Source: a phage. From it: a DNA stretch of 64,000 bases. How positions within the stretch are numbered: position 1 is the first letter of the stretch; every line of letters starts with the position of its first letter. The position numbers were made by a program, and so were the translations under genes. This document shows, one piece after another, positions 10,417 through 19,298 of this stretch. The stretch lies in sequence record PZ452608.1. One strand, written 5' to 3'. The notes below the pieces were generated by a model that worked only from the letters and a program-made list of their open reading frames with translations, did no database searches and was not told the DNA's origin.

Positions 10417-11217
10417 ATGAATACTACTGTAGACCAAATGCTTAAAGAAAAAGGTATTGATGAAGCATTTTTAATCAATGCTGTAGAAAGCATGGCTATG
10501 ATTCTTCGTGGAAATAACTATACAGAACAGTTTATGCCAAAAAGCTATAACTTGCCTGAAGATAAAACTGATAACGGTGCTTTTGCAGAGCAGGTTAATA
10601 TGATGTTGTCAGATACTACACTTGCCCTTGCATCTATTGCAGTCGGTGTTGATGCGCTTGCAGAGTTCATTTTTTATGAAATGCAAAAGAATGACTATAT
10701 CAGGATGTCAGATGAAGAAAAGGAACTATTGCTGACTAAGGATACTGATTTCCTTATTGACACACTAATCTCATCAACAAGTGCTGTTATGGCAGTTCTT
10801 GAGAAGCGCATGGAAGAGAAGTTGTCACGGTATGAAAAACTTGATTGGGGCGTAGAAGAGTTAAGCCCACGAATCAAAGAAATTATCCAGCAAACTAAAG
10901 AGTCTTTGGAAGAAGCTGTTGAAAATGACTCTGTAGCTGATATAGAACCTCTTCAGGTGAAAGTTGCACTGATGATTCCAGCTATCTCTACGATGATGAA
11001 TATCGTTGCACTAATCCAACTTTCACAGATGATGGGTGTAAGTATTGAGTTCATTGAAGAGATGACTGGTGGCGTTAGTATGCAAGCAATCAATGATGTT
11101 TTGGTGAACATCGGTGCTTCAATCATTGAAGAGAAACTACGCATTAACTTCGGTGATGATTTTGTGAAGCAAATCTCAGCTATGGCTGAAAAAGAGTCTG
11201 CTGAGCAACTGCACTAA
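10417..11217 (+). CDS. hypothetical protein
   Basis: 266-aa ORF. Confidence 0.45.
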   Translation: MNTTVDQMLKEKGIDEAFLINAVESMAMILRGNNYTEQFMPKSYNLPEDKTDNGAFAEQVNMMLSDTTLALASIAVGVDALAEFIFYEMQKNDYIRMSDEEKELLLTKDTDFLIDTLISSTSAVMAVLEKRMEEKLSRYEKLDWGVEELSPRIKEIIQQTKESLEEAVENDSVADIEPLQVKVALMIPAISTMMNIVALIQLSQMMGVSIEFIEEMTGGVSMQAINDVLVNIGASIIEEKLRINFGDDFVKQISAMAEKESAEQLH

Positions 11218-11235
11218 GTCTTTATAAATCTTACA

Positions 11236-11259
11236 AGCCTCCTTAGTTGGGGGCTTTTT
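11236..11259 (+). terminator. intrinsic terminator
   Basis: AGCCTCC-TTAGTT-GGGGGCT hairpin followed by TTTTT. Confidence 0.5.
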
Positions 11260-11278
11260 AGTAATTAAAGGAGATAAA

Positions 11279-12022
11279 ATGAGTAATATTATCGCATTTA
11301 CTGGAAAGGCACGTTCTGGAAAAGACACCTCATGTTCTATTGTGAAGAACATCTTAGAGGATGAGTACGGCTACAATGTTGCTGTAATGGCCTTTGCAGA
11401 CAACCTTAAACTGTCTGCATCAAAGATATTTGACCTGACTTGGAATGACCTGTATGGTGAAACTAAAGAGACTCCACAAGTATTTGACTTATCATATCCT
11501 GAACTGATGTTTAAAGTTACGGAAGCTATGGAGTTCACCTTCAGAGATGAACGTTACCATATGGACTTCAAGCTTATGTCAGAGTTAACCGGACGATTAA
11601 TCATGGAGCTTAAGAAGGTTGCTAAACCTACCCTATTAACACGTCTGGGATTTAGTAAAAAGTATAAATTCTCATCAAGACAAATTCAACAGATTTGGGG
11701 TACTGAAGTTGTCCGTAAAGTAATGGGCGACAAGTTCTGGTCTAAAGACCTTGAAAAAAGAATGGTTAGATTCCATGAAATGTGCTCACTTAGAAATCAA
11801 TATGGTTTTGTCTTAATCAGTGATTTAAGATTTGACTCTGAAGCTGAATGGCTGAGTAGATTTGCACACCAAACTATTGAAGTAAAAAGAGACAATGTGG
11901 ACAAGGTTTCATCACATGTTTCAGAAAATGGGATTTCTACAAAATATGAGCGTGACATTATTCATAATAATGGTACTCTTGCAGACCTTGAGAACAAGCT
12001 AAGAGCCATCATTAAAGTTTAA
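11279..12022 (+). CDS. deoxynucleoside monophosphate kinase-like protein
   Basis: N-terminal P-loop FTGKARSGKDT resembling T4 gp1 dNMP kinase (SGVKRSGKDT); AGGAG RBS. Confidence 0.55.
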   Translation: MSNIIAFTGKARSGKDTSCSIVKNILEDEYGYNVAVMAFADNLKLSASKIFDLTWNDLYGETKETPQVFDLSYPELMFKVTEAMEFTFRDERYHMDFKLMSELTGRLIMELKKVAKPTLLTRLGFSKKYKFSSRQIQQIWGTEVVRKVMGDKFWSKDLEKRMVRFHEMCSLRNQYGFVLISDLRFDSEAEWLSRFAHQTIEVKRDNVDKVSSHVSENGISTKYERDIIHNNGTLADLENKLRAIIKV

Positions 12023-12030
12023 AAGAGATA

Positions 12031-12231
12031 ATGAAGATGAGAGTAAAAGACAATTTTAAAGTTATTGACCACCGTTTAGTGGAACTCTCATCTCTTTCCA
12101 ATGAGGTAATGATTGAACGTCTTAAGAGAGTTGAATCACGAAGGAAAGAGATTGCAGATGAAATTCATGAACTGGACAAGATTGAAAATGGATTGAAGGC
12201 AGAACTACAACGAAGAGGTGCTAATGTCTAA
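12031..12231 (+). CDS. hypothetical protein
   Basis: 66-aa coiled-coil-like ORF. Confidence 0.35.
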   Translation: MKMRVKDNFKVIDHRLVELSSLSNEVMIERLKRVESRRKEIADEIHELDKIENGLKAELQRRGANV

Positions 12232-14209
12232 AGGTCGTAAATTGAAAGAGGCTGGTCAGTTTGTTGGTCATTGTGCATGTCCACGTTGTGGTTCATCAGA
12301 TGCTGGTTCAATCTACCACCATGACGATGATTCTTATTCGATGACTTGCTTTAGCTGTAACAAAGGTTTCCCAGAGTGGGATTTTGATAAAGGACAAATC
12401 GTGAGCACTTATTCTACTGGTTCAGATAATAAAAACCGTACTTTCCGTGGAATGGATTTAGACGATGTAAAAGAAAACCTAGAAGCAATGGACTTGAAAG
12501 ATAGGAAGATTCCTGCAAAAGTCCTTGAACGCTTAGGTATCAAGGTTGACATTGACAGTGACGGTGAAATTGATGCGCACTTCTATCCAACTTACAAACG
12601 TAATGAAGATGGTAAGCTAGAACATGTTGGCTACCGTGTTCGTCACCGTTACCCAGAAGACCATCCAAAAGAGCACCTACGTGGTAAGCTAAAAGACTTT
12701 TCTGGTGGTGTTGGAGACATTAAAGGTGAACTGGCAATGTTCGGCTCATGGATTGCTCCAGAAGGTGGTAACCGTCTATTCATCTGGGAAGGTGAGATGG
12801 AATGTGCGACAGCAATCTACATGACTTCTTTGGCGATTAAAGATAAGTCTCGTCGTAAGAATTACTGTCACGTATCTGTTCCGTCAGGTGCAAACATTAA
12901 GTCTATCAAAGATAACTATCAGTACATTACATCATTTGATGAAATTTACTTGTGCTTTGATAACGATGAAGCAGGTGCTAAAGCTACCAAAGAGGCTGCT
13001 GGTATCCTACCTATTGAGAAGGTTCGTTTATTCCAGTATCCAGAGGGTGTAAAAGACCTTAACGAATGGTGGACAAAGTTCTATAAAGAGAAAGACACAG
13101 TTCTTGAAGGGTTTAAGCAGCGTATCTACAATGCACCCCGTTACTGCCCTGCTGGAATCAAGAACTTCGCAGATGGTTTTGAGGCAATGAAGAATCGTGG
13201 TCAGATTCCATTGATTCCTTTCCCAGAATCTTTCGGAGATTTGAACAGGCTGACTTATGGTGGTTACGGTTTAGGCGAGATTACAACTCTGGCAGCACCA
13301 TCTTCAGTAGGTAAATCAGCATACACTCGTGAAATGATTTACACTGCTTGGAAAGATACTGATTACAATATTGGTGTAATTCCGGTTGAAGATACCTATG
13401 AAGAGTTGATGGAGATGCTCTGTGCAATCCACCTGAGCAAGCAGATTTCTGAGATTCCTTATGACGAACGTGATTGGGATGAATTGAAGGAAGCACACGC
13501 AGAACTATCTAAAGGTCGTCGTATCCACATCGTAGACCATCAAGGGGCAATTGACCAAGATAACTTGCTGGAGTTTGTTGACTATCTTGTTAACAGCCTT
13601 GATTGTAAGATTATTATTCTTGACCCTATTACGTTGGCTCTGTCACGTTCAGATACGGATGAAGAGGAAGTTTTATCTGAGCTATTGCGTCGTTGCAAAC
13701 GCTACCAGTATGCACAAGTGAACGTCTGTCACGTTCGTAAGAGTGCAGGTGGTCAGAAGGCTAACTCTGAAGGTGGGGATATCTCTGAAGAGGATATTAA
13801 AGGCTCTGGTGCGTATTTCCAGATTTCTATGAACAACATTCTGTTAATGCGTAACAAGGTTGACCCAGACCCTGTTAAGAAAAACTTGACAAAAATCAAA
13901 CTAACTAAATGTCGTCGTCATGGTAAGTCAACGGGTATTGCTGGTCATACTTGGTACAATCCAGATACAGGACGCCTCATCAAAGCATCTGGTTGCGGAG
14001 TTGACATTGATGGTGCAGCAGAAAATATTCGCCAACAGTTTGGTATTGGTGAAGCTGAAGACCATTACGATGACTCTTTGCCACATTATGAGGATGAAGT
14101 GTTTGACCGTGAGACTGGTGAAGTCTATACTGAAGAGCAGCGTCAAAGCTCAACGATTCCACCTGTATTAAGTGAGGATGCAGATGACTGCCCATTCGAA
14201 ACTGAGTGA
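12224..14209 (+). CDS. DNA primase/helicase (zinc-ribbon plus DnaB-like helicase)
   Basis: N-terminal Cys4 zinc ribbon (CPRCGSS...CFSCNKG), Walker A APSSVGKSAY; start at ATG with GAGG RBS rather than track GTG. Confidence 0.7.
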   Translation: MSKGRKLKEAGQFVGHCACPRCGSSDAGSIYHHDDDSYSMTCFSCNKGFPEWDFDKGQIVSTYSTGSDNKNRTFRGMDLDDVKENLEAMDLKDRKIPAKVLERLGIKVDIDSDGEIDAHFYPTYKRNEDGKLEHVGYRVRHRYPEDHPKEHLRGKLKDFSGGVGDIKGELAMFGSWIAPEGGNRLFIWEGEMECATAIYMTSLAIKDKSRRKNYCHVSVPSGANIKSIKDNYQYITSFDEIYLCFDNDEAGAKATKEAAGILPIEKVRLFQYPEGVKDLNEWWTKFYKEKDTVLEGFKQRIYNAPRYCPAGIKNFADGFEAMKNRGQIPLIPFPESFGDLNRLTYGGYGLGEITTLAAPSSVGKSAYTREMIYTAWKDTDYNIGVIPVEDTYEELMEMLCAIHLSKQISEIPYDERDWDELKEAHAELSKGRRIHIVDHQGAIDQDNLLEFVDYLVNSLDCKIIILDPITLALSRSDTDEEEVLSELLRRCKRYQYAQVNVCHVRKSAGGQKANSEGGDISEEDIKGSGAYFQISMNNILLMRNKVDPDPVKKNLTKIKLTKCRRHGKSTGIAGHTWYNPDTGRLIKASGCGVDIDGAAENIRQQFGIGEAEDHYDDSLPHYEDEVFDRETGEVYTEEQRQSSTIPPVLSEDADDCPFETE

Positions 14210-14461
14210 TAGTTATAAAAGAGAGGGGTTCACACCCTTCTTTGAAGAAAAAAGTTTAAATAAATTTCAGGAAGAGTGTTTGACAAAGATTGATAGGTTC
14301 TATAGAATGCTCTACATGAAATGTGATGGAGGTGTTGAGGTAGAAGAAAAGTTCCATCACAGCATAATCACAGTCACTATTACTATACCTGAACATAATA
14401 TTGGTTGGCTGTTTGTAATAAAAGAAAATGTGTTTGAATATCAAGTATATCGGAGAATATC

Positions 14462-14611
14462 ATGAAACACTCTAAAGCATTTGAAAAAGTTTTTGGGGAT
14501 TCCTTAAAAGCCACTGCTGGAAAACCAGCAAAATACTATGAAGAAAAACGTGTAAGAACTGGAAAAACTGCACGTAAAGCAGCTTCTAAAGATAAGCACA
14601 ACTTCCAGTAA
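14462..14611 (+). CDS. small basic protein (49 aa)
   Basis: Not in ORF track (<60 aa); GGAGA RBS; ATG overlaps stop of the 14172-14465 frame (ATGA). Confidence 0.25.
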   Translation: MKHSKAFEKVFGDSLKATAGKPAKYYEEKRVRTGKTARKAASKDKHNFQ

Positions 14612-14683
14612 TTAGTATTTGACAAGAGAGTATCAACAAACTAGAATTGGTACTCTTCATAAATTGAGATAGAGGTTTAAATA

Positions 14684-15541
14684 ATGTCTAAAGTTGTTAA
14701 AATGAAAGCTCCGGTAGAGAAGTACAACGGTACTGAACGTCAAACTCTGCGTTACCTGCTGAAAGATGTCTGGTTTTATTACCTGAACACTTCACCACGT
14801 CCGGGAAAAGGTAAGTCTATTGATAAGAAATTCCCAGGCAAAGACTGTAACTACAGCGTATCAATTCTGGCAGAAGACGGTAACAAACTGTTTAAAGAGT
14901 TTACTAAGTCTAAGAAAAATCCAGAAGGCTGGGATAAAGTCACTACTGAAGCAGTTGATGCAGATGACTTCGAAGAGAAGTTTGGTTGTAAACCACCTTT
15001 TGAAGCAGACACTTACTACATCTTGAAAGTAAGTCGTGCAGCAGCTTATAAAGATGGTGCTGTATGGACAGCTAAACAGTCATTCCCTGTAATGCTGATT
15101 GAAGAAGTAAATGGTAAGCGTGTAGCTGTTAAGCAGCCGATGAAGAAAATCAAAGCTCAAGCATCTGATAAACATGAAGATGACAAGAACTATGATGTAA
15201 TTCATCCAGATATTGCAGTTGGTAACGGTTCTTTTGGTAGTGTGATTCTTTCTACTCACTTCTACACTTTTGAGAACAATGTTCTGACAAAACCTATTCA
15301 GGAACAGTTTATCATTGATACTCTTGTACCTTACACTGGTGGTAACGGTGCTAACGGTGAACCTGAACTGGATGAAGATGAATTGGCTATGCTTGGTCTT
15401 GATGGTGTTGAAGATAACGGTGAAATCACTGAAGAAGACGCAACAGACCACAAACCTTCGAACGATTCTGATGATGGCGATGATGAAGACTTGCCGGACC
15501 CAGATGACGAAGAAGATGAAGACTTCGATACAGAAGACTAA
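14684..15541 (+). CDS. single-stranded DNA-binding protein (putative)
   Basis: Highly acidic C-terminal tail (DDGDDEDLPDPDDEEDEDFDTED) typical of phage SSBs; sits in replication cluster. Confidence 0.45.
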   Translation: MSKVVKMKAPVEKYNGTERQTLRYLLKDVWFYYLNTSPRPGKGKSIDKKFPGKDCNYSVSILAEDGNKLFKEFTKSKKNPEGWDKVTTEAVDADDFEEKFGCKPPFEADTYYILKVSRAAAYKDGAVWTAKQSFPVMLIEEVNGKRVAVKQPMKKIKAQASDKHEDDKNYDVIHPDIAVGNGSFGSVILSTHFYTFENNVLTKPIQEQFIIDTLVPYTGGNGANGEPELDEDELAMLGLDGVEDNGEITEEDATDHKPSNDSDDGDDEDLPDPDDEEDEDFDTED

Positions 15542-15560
15542 TCTCTAAAAGTTACTTTAA

Positions 15561-15587
15561 AGCCCTGTACTTAGTATGGGGCTTTTT
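15561..15587 (+). terminator. intrinsic terminator
   Basis: AGCCC...GGGGCT hairpin followed by TTTTT. Confidence 0.5.
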
Positions 15588-15603
15588 CATATGGAGAGTC
15601 ATA

Positions 15604-16650
15604 ATGGAGAAGTACACATTAACAAAGCTTCCCGATTCAGTTACACATGTCTTTATTGACTCTGACAGCATTGCCTATAAAGGTGCTTGTGTAGTTGAGA
15701 AAGCAAAGTATAAATACGTTAATAAACTCACAGCAGAAGAATCTGAACCATTTGATAATGCGAAAGATGCTGCAAGATGGTTAGCAGACCAGAGAATCCT
15801 TGTGGAAGAGCTTGGCCTGACATTTGAGGAAGATGAATGGGAAAGACAAACTTGGAAAGAAGCTAAGAGTGAAAAAGAAGCTATCATGGCTACTCAACAG
15901 GTGCTTCAGGAATGGCTTAAGATTGTTGGTAAAGAAAGAACTTGGGTAGGTTATTTAACAGAGAAGGGTGTGCATAAACATAAAGACATTAAAGGTCTTG
16001 AGCACCAATATCAAGGTAATCGTAAAGATGCTGTCACACCAACACACTTAGTCGCTTGTCGTGAATACCTTTTATCCAGACCAGAGTTCAAGCTCTTAAA
16101 GGGGGGCTTCGAAGCCGATTCCATCGTAATTGCTAAAGCTGAAAAGATGGGTAAGAAGGCTGCTCTTATGAGTATTGACAAAGACCTTCGACAAGCTGAA
16201 GGGACTTATTGTATTGATATGACTTATGAAAAGTCACCACTAATTTTTATTGCTGATAATAATGTTGGTGATATCTGGGATTGCCCTATCAAATCAAAAC
16301 CAAAAGCTGCAAAAACAGTTGGTGTAGGTTTTAAATTTTTGTGTTATCAGGCTGTTGCTGGAGATAATGCAGACAACTACTTCGGCCTTAAAGGTGCTGG
16401 TAAAGTAGCTGTGATGAATGCTTTAGATGGTAAAGAGACCTATAAAGAGTGTCTTGATGCTATCTATGAACTCTATGCTAAAAAAGAGTCTTACACCTAT
16501 GTGTCATGGGATGGACAGACTGTTACCAAAACACCATTAGAGTTAATGGAACAGCATTTCTTCCTAGCTTATCAAGAGCGAAATAAATCAGATATTTTTT
16601 CATTTGAAAAGTATGGTTGGACTCCAAATGTTGACTCAGCAGATACTTAA
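15604..16650 (+). CDS. 5'-3' exonuclease / flap endonuclease (FEN-like)
   Basis: H3TH-like motif AVAGDNADNYFGLKGAGKVA (compare GDxxDNIPGVxGIGxK); acidic N-terminal FIDSDS. Confidence 0.5.
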   Translation: MEKYTLTKLPDSVTHVFIDSDSIAYKGACVVEKAKYKYVNKLTAEESEPFDNAKDAARWLADQRILVEELGLTFEEDEWERQTWKEAKSEKEAIMATQQVLQEWLKIVGKERTWVGYLTEKGVHKHKDIKGLEHQYQGNRKDAVTPTHLVACREYLLSRPEFKLLKGGFEADSIVIAKAEKMGKKAALMSIDKDLRQAEGTYCIDMTYEKSPLIFIADNNVGDIWDCPIKSKPKAAKTVGVGFKFLCYQAVAGDNADNYFGLKGAGKVAVMNALDGKETYKECLDAIYELYAKKESYTYVSWDGQTVTKTPLELMEQHFFLAYQERNKSDIFSFEKYGWTPNVDSADT

Positions 16651-17128
16651 AGAATATCTACACTATGACCCCGAAACAGGGGTCTTTACGTGGATAAAGA
16701 AAGCAGCTAACAGAACAGTTATAGGTTCCATTGCGGGTACACCACATAAGCGGGGCTATATTAGGATAAAAATTAAAAGAAAATCCTATATGGCTCATGA
16801 TTTAGCAATCCTGTACACAGATGGTTTCCTGCCTAACAGGGTAGACCACCGCAACGGTATTACTAATGATAATCGGAGATTAAATCTAAGGGTTTGCACA
16901 CAAGCTGAAAACTCTTGGAACAGAAGAACGCACTCCAACAACACATCTGGAGTTAAGGGTGTATCTTTCTATAAGGCTAACCAAAAATGGAAGGCCAGAA
17001 TTATGACACACGGGGTATCTCATTTTCTGGGGTATTTTGACAGTATTGAAGATGCCAAAGATGCAGTCACAAAGAAAAGAGAAGAACTACATAAAGAGTT
17101 TTCAAATCACGGAGAAGCTTATGAATGA
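16613..17128 (+). CDS. HNH homing endonuclease (HNH plus AP2-like domain)
   Basis: YDPETGVFTW start, VDHRNGITNDNRRLNLRVCTQAEN HNH motif, GVKGVSFY...WKARI AP2-like; start ambiguous (track uses TTG at 16604). Confidence 0.6.
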   Translation: MVGLQMLTQQILKEYLHYDPETGVFTWIKKAANRTVIGSIAGTPHKRGYIRIKIKRKSYMAHDLAILYTDGFLPNRVDHRNGITNDNRRLNLRVCTQAENSWNRRTHSNNTSGVKGVSFYKANQKWKARIMTHGVSHFLGYFDSIEDAKDAVTKKREELHKEFSNHGEAYE

Positions 17129-17622
17129 AGATTAAAGGATTTGGCAATTGTCCCACCTACGGCCATTGGGTATCTTTGTGTGGGGAAGTTGACCCCACTA
17201 AACATTTTGGTTTTGTCTATTTAGTACACTGTAAGAAAACCGGACAATATTATATCGGAAAGAAACAGCTTAATAGTGTGACTAAAAGAAAAGTTGCTGG
17301 CAAGACTCGGAAGAAGGTAGTCACTAAGGAGAGTGATTGGATGACTTATGAAACTTCTTCTGAGTATATTAAAAAAGATATTGAGAGCTTTGGAAAAGAA
17401 TTTTTTGACTTTTACATTATTCAGACCTACTACACAAAAGGTGGCCTAGTCTATGGTGAAGCAAACCTTCAACATAAATTCGATGTAATGACAAAAAGGA
17501 TTGACTCTAAGCTCAGACTCTTCTACAATGCCAATATTGCAGCAATTAAGTTTATTACTAAAGAAACTTATGAAGATGCTGAAAAAAGAATCCATAAGGT
17601 AATGAAAGCAAACTGTGCTTGA
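17125..17622 (+). CDS. GIY-YIG-like endonuclease domain protein
   Basis: FGFVYLVHCKKTGQYYIGKK resembles GIY-(10-11)-YIG motif; GGAGAAG RBS. Confidence 0.4.
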   Translation: MKIKGFGNCPTYGHWVSLCGEVDPTKHFGFVYLVHCKKTGQYYIGKKQLNSVTKRKVAGKTRKKVVTKESDWMTYETSSEYIKKDIESFGKEFFDFYIIQTYYTKGGLVYGEANLQHKFDVMTKRIDSKLRLFYNANIAAIKFITKETYEDAEKRIHKVMKANCA

Positions 17623-17643
17623 TAACTATTGAGAGAGAATAAA

Positions 17644-17892
17644 ATGTTTAATAAAAGCAAAGCTGTGAGTCATGTAGCAAAAGTTGACAGTAAGATTGAA
17701 GAACTTGAGCGCATTCTTGCAAATGCTAGAGAGTCGATAATTAAAGAGGTTGAAGCTGTTGAATCTCAAATGCAGCACCTAATGCTTAAACGCCAAGAGC
17801 TACGTGAACATCTGGAATATATTGAAACACGAGAGCTAAAGGTTAACAGATATTTTAAGGAGTCCGAATGTTTAACTCAAGAGAATCAGTAA
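17644..17892 (+). CDS. hypothetical protein
   Basis: Coiled-coil-like ORF; ATG start with GAGAGAGA RBS (track start is TTG). Confidence 0.35.
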   Translation: MFNKSKAVSHVAKVDSKIEELERILANARESIIKEVEAVESQMQHLMLKRQELREHLEYIETRELKVNRYFKESECLTQENQ

Positions 17893-18623
17893 AAAACTGG
17901 AATCTTCGTTGCGGAAAAACTCAAAAACAACCATACAGTAATGAGTATTGGGAGTCTTTGAAATCTCAATCTCTGTGTATGCTTGAAGAAGCAAAAGAGC
18001 TTGTAAAAGCAATTGAAGAGAAAGACCCCATTGAGACACTGGATGCTCAGGCAGATTTGCAATATGTTCTTGACGGTTTGATTTACCTGTCACAACATGA
18101 CCATAACGGTGCTATGAAAGCTGTTTGCCACAATAATGACCTGAAGTACACAGACGACTATGAAGAAGCTTTAAAGCGTCTTGCAGATATTGAGAAGCGT
18201 ACTGGTCAAGAGTGTATCATCAGAATGTCAGTAGTTGATGGTAAAGAGTGGTATGCGATTGTTCGTGCAGCCGATGGGAAGATTATGAAGCAATCAAATC
18301 TCCCTAAAGTTCAGCTTGGTGAATACATTGTAGAACTTGAAAGCCAAGAACTTTTTGTGGTAGTATCTGACACATGCGTTATCTGCAAAGGTATTGTATG
18401 TAGCTTAAAGGATTTGGGTGTAGATGGTTTTGTAGAAGTTAATCCAATTACCTCTAAAGCAGATAAAGATTTCTGTAAAGAGAATGGACTATGGATTGCA
18501 GATATTGTCTACTATGATGGTGAGCAGTTCCATGTAACCTCATACCCGAAACTGAATTATGATGCTAATAACCTGAAGTGCTGGTTAAAAGGGGTTGGTT
18601 ATAATGGATTCACAGAACATTAA
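17868..18623 (+). CDS. hypothetical protein
   Basis: 251-aa ORF, AAGGAG RBS. Confidence 0.4.
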   Translation: MFNSRESVKNWNLRCGKTQKQPYSNEYWESLKSQSLCMLEEAKELVKAIEEKDPIETLDAQADLQYVLDGLIYLSQHDHNGAMKAVCHNNDLKYTDDYEEALKRLADIEKRTGQECIIRMSVVDGKEWYAIVRAADGKIMKQSNLPKVQLGEYIVELESQELFVVVSDTCVICKGIVCSLKDLGVDGFVEVNPITSKADKDFCKENGLWIADIVYYDGEQFHVTSYPKLNYDANNLKCWLKGVGYNGFTEH

Positions 18624-18927
18624 TAAAGAAGGTGTGGCTCAGAAGAGCCACTTCTCAAACTACAATATCTCTATGACGGTGTTTATGAATGACCCGTTAC
18701 TTGAGAAGTATGGTGAGACTCCAGATACACTTCTGGATAATGAACAAGTTTTAAAAGCAGTCCTGTACAAATACGGGATTGATATTGAGAAAGAGTATTC
18801 TTTTGAAATCTGTCAACACAGGAATACTTTTGGTAAAGTTGTAATGGCTCCACTCTTCATGGGTGTAGAAAGAACTGACTATGGTTGGTTATATCTAAAA
18901 AGAAACTTGGAGAAATACCGTGTCTAA
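18604..18927 (+). CDS. hypothetical protein
   Basis: ATG start with AAGGGG RBS (track start is TTG). Confidence 0.35.
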   Translation: MDSQNINKEGVAQKSHFSNYNISMTVFMNDPLLEKYGETPDTLLDNEQVLKAVLYKYGIDIEKEYSFEICQHRNTFGKVVMAPLFMGVERTDYGWLYLKRNLEKYRV

Positions 18928-19252
18928 AGCAAAAAAGTTATCTTATGATGACATTATCTCAGGTGCTAAATTAGGTGTTGATAGTATCGGACAAGATGTT
19001 AAGCACGGAGACACAGTTATGTACTGTGATGACCGAAGAGGCAGAAGTGCAATCTTGTTTGGAAGAGTTGTTTGCAAGACGCGAGGCAATTACGTTGTTG
19101 AAGACATGAATGTGGATGTCACAAAACAGCTTGAAATAATTATGAATAGTAATATATCATGGTTCGTCAATTGTATGCACACTTCGTCAGTCACAAAGGT
19201 AAGTGATAAGTTTTACGATATGTGGCAGAATGAGCAAATTTTCAAGATTTAA
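18920..19252 (+). CDS. hypothetical protein
   Basis: 110-aa ORF, apparent GTG start with GGAG RBS. Confidence 0.35.
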   Translation: MSKAKKLSYDDIISGAKLGVDSIGQDVKHGDTVMYCDDRRGRSAILFGRVVCKTRGNYVVEDMNVDVTKQLEIIMNSNISWFVNCMHTSSVTKVSDKFYDMWQNEQIFKI

Positions 19253-19298
19253 ACTAGGGAGCCTCTTCGGAGGCTCTTCTCATCTGTAGGATTCAAAA

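Noticed and set aside
14172-14465. 97-aa plus-strand ORF overlapping the 3' end of the primase-helicase gene
   Set aside because: Its upstream part is inside the primase-helicase coding region and no internal ATG has a convincing RBS. Its stop overlaps the start of the small 14462-14611 ORF (ATGA), so a short real gene starting near 14306 cannot be excluded; left unannotated.
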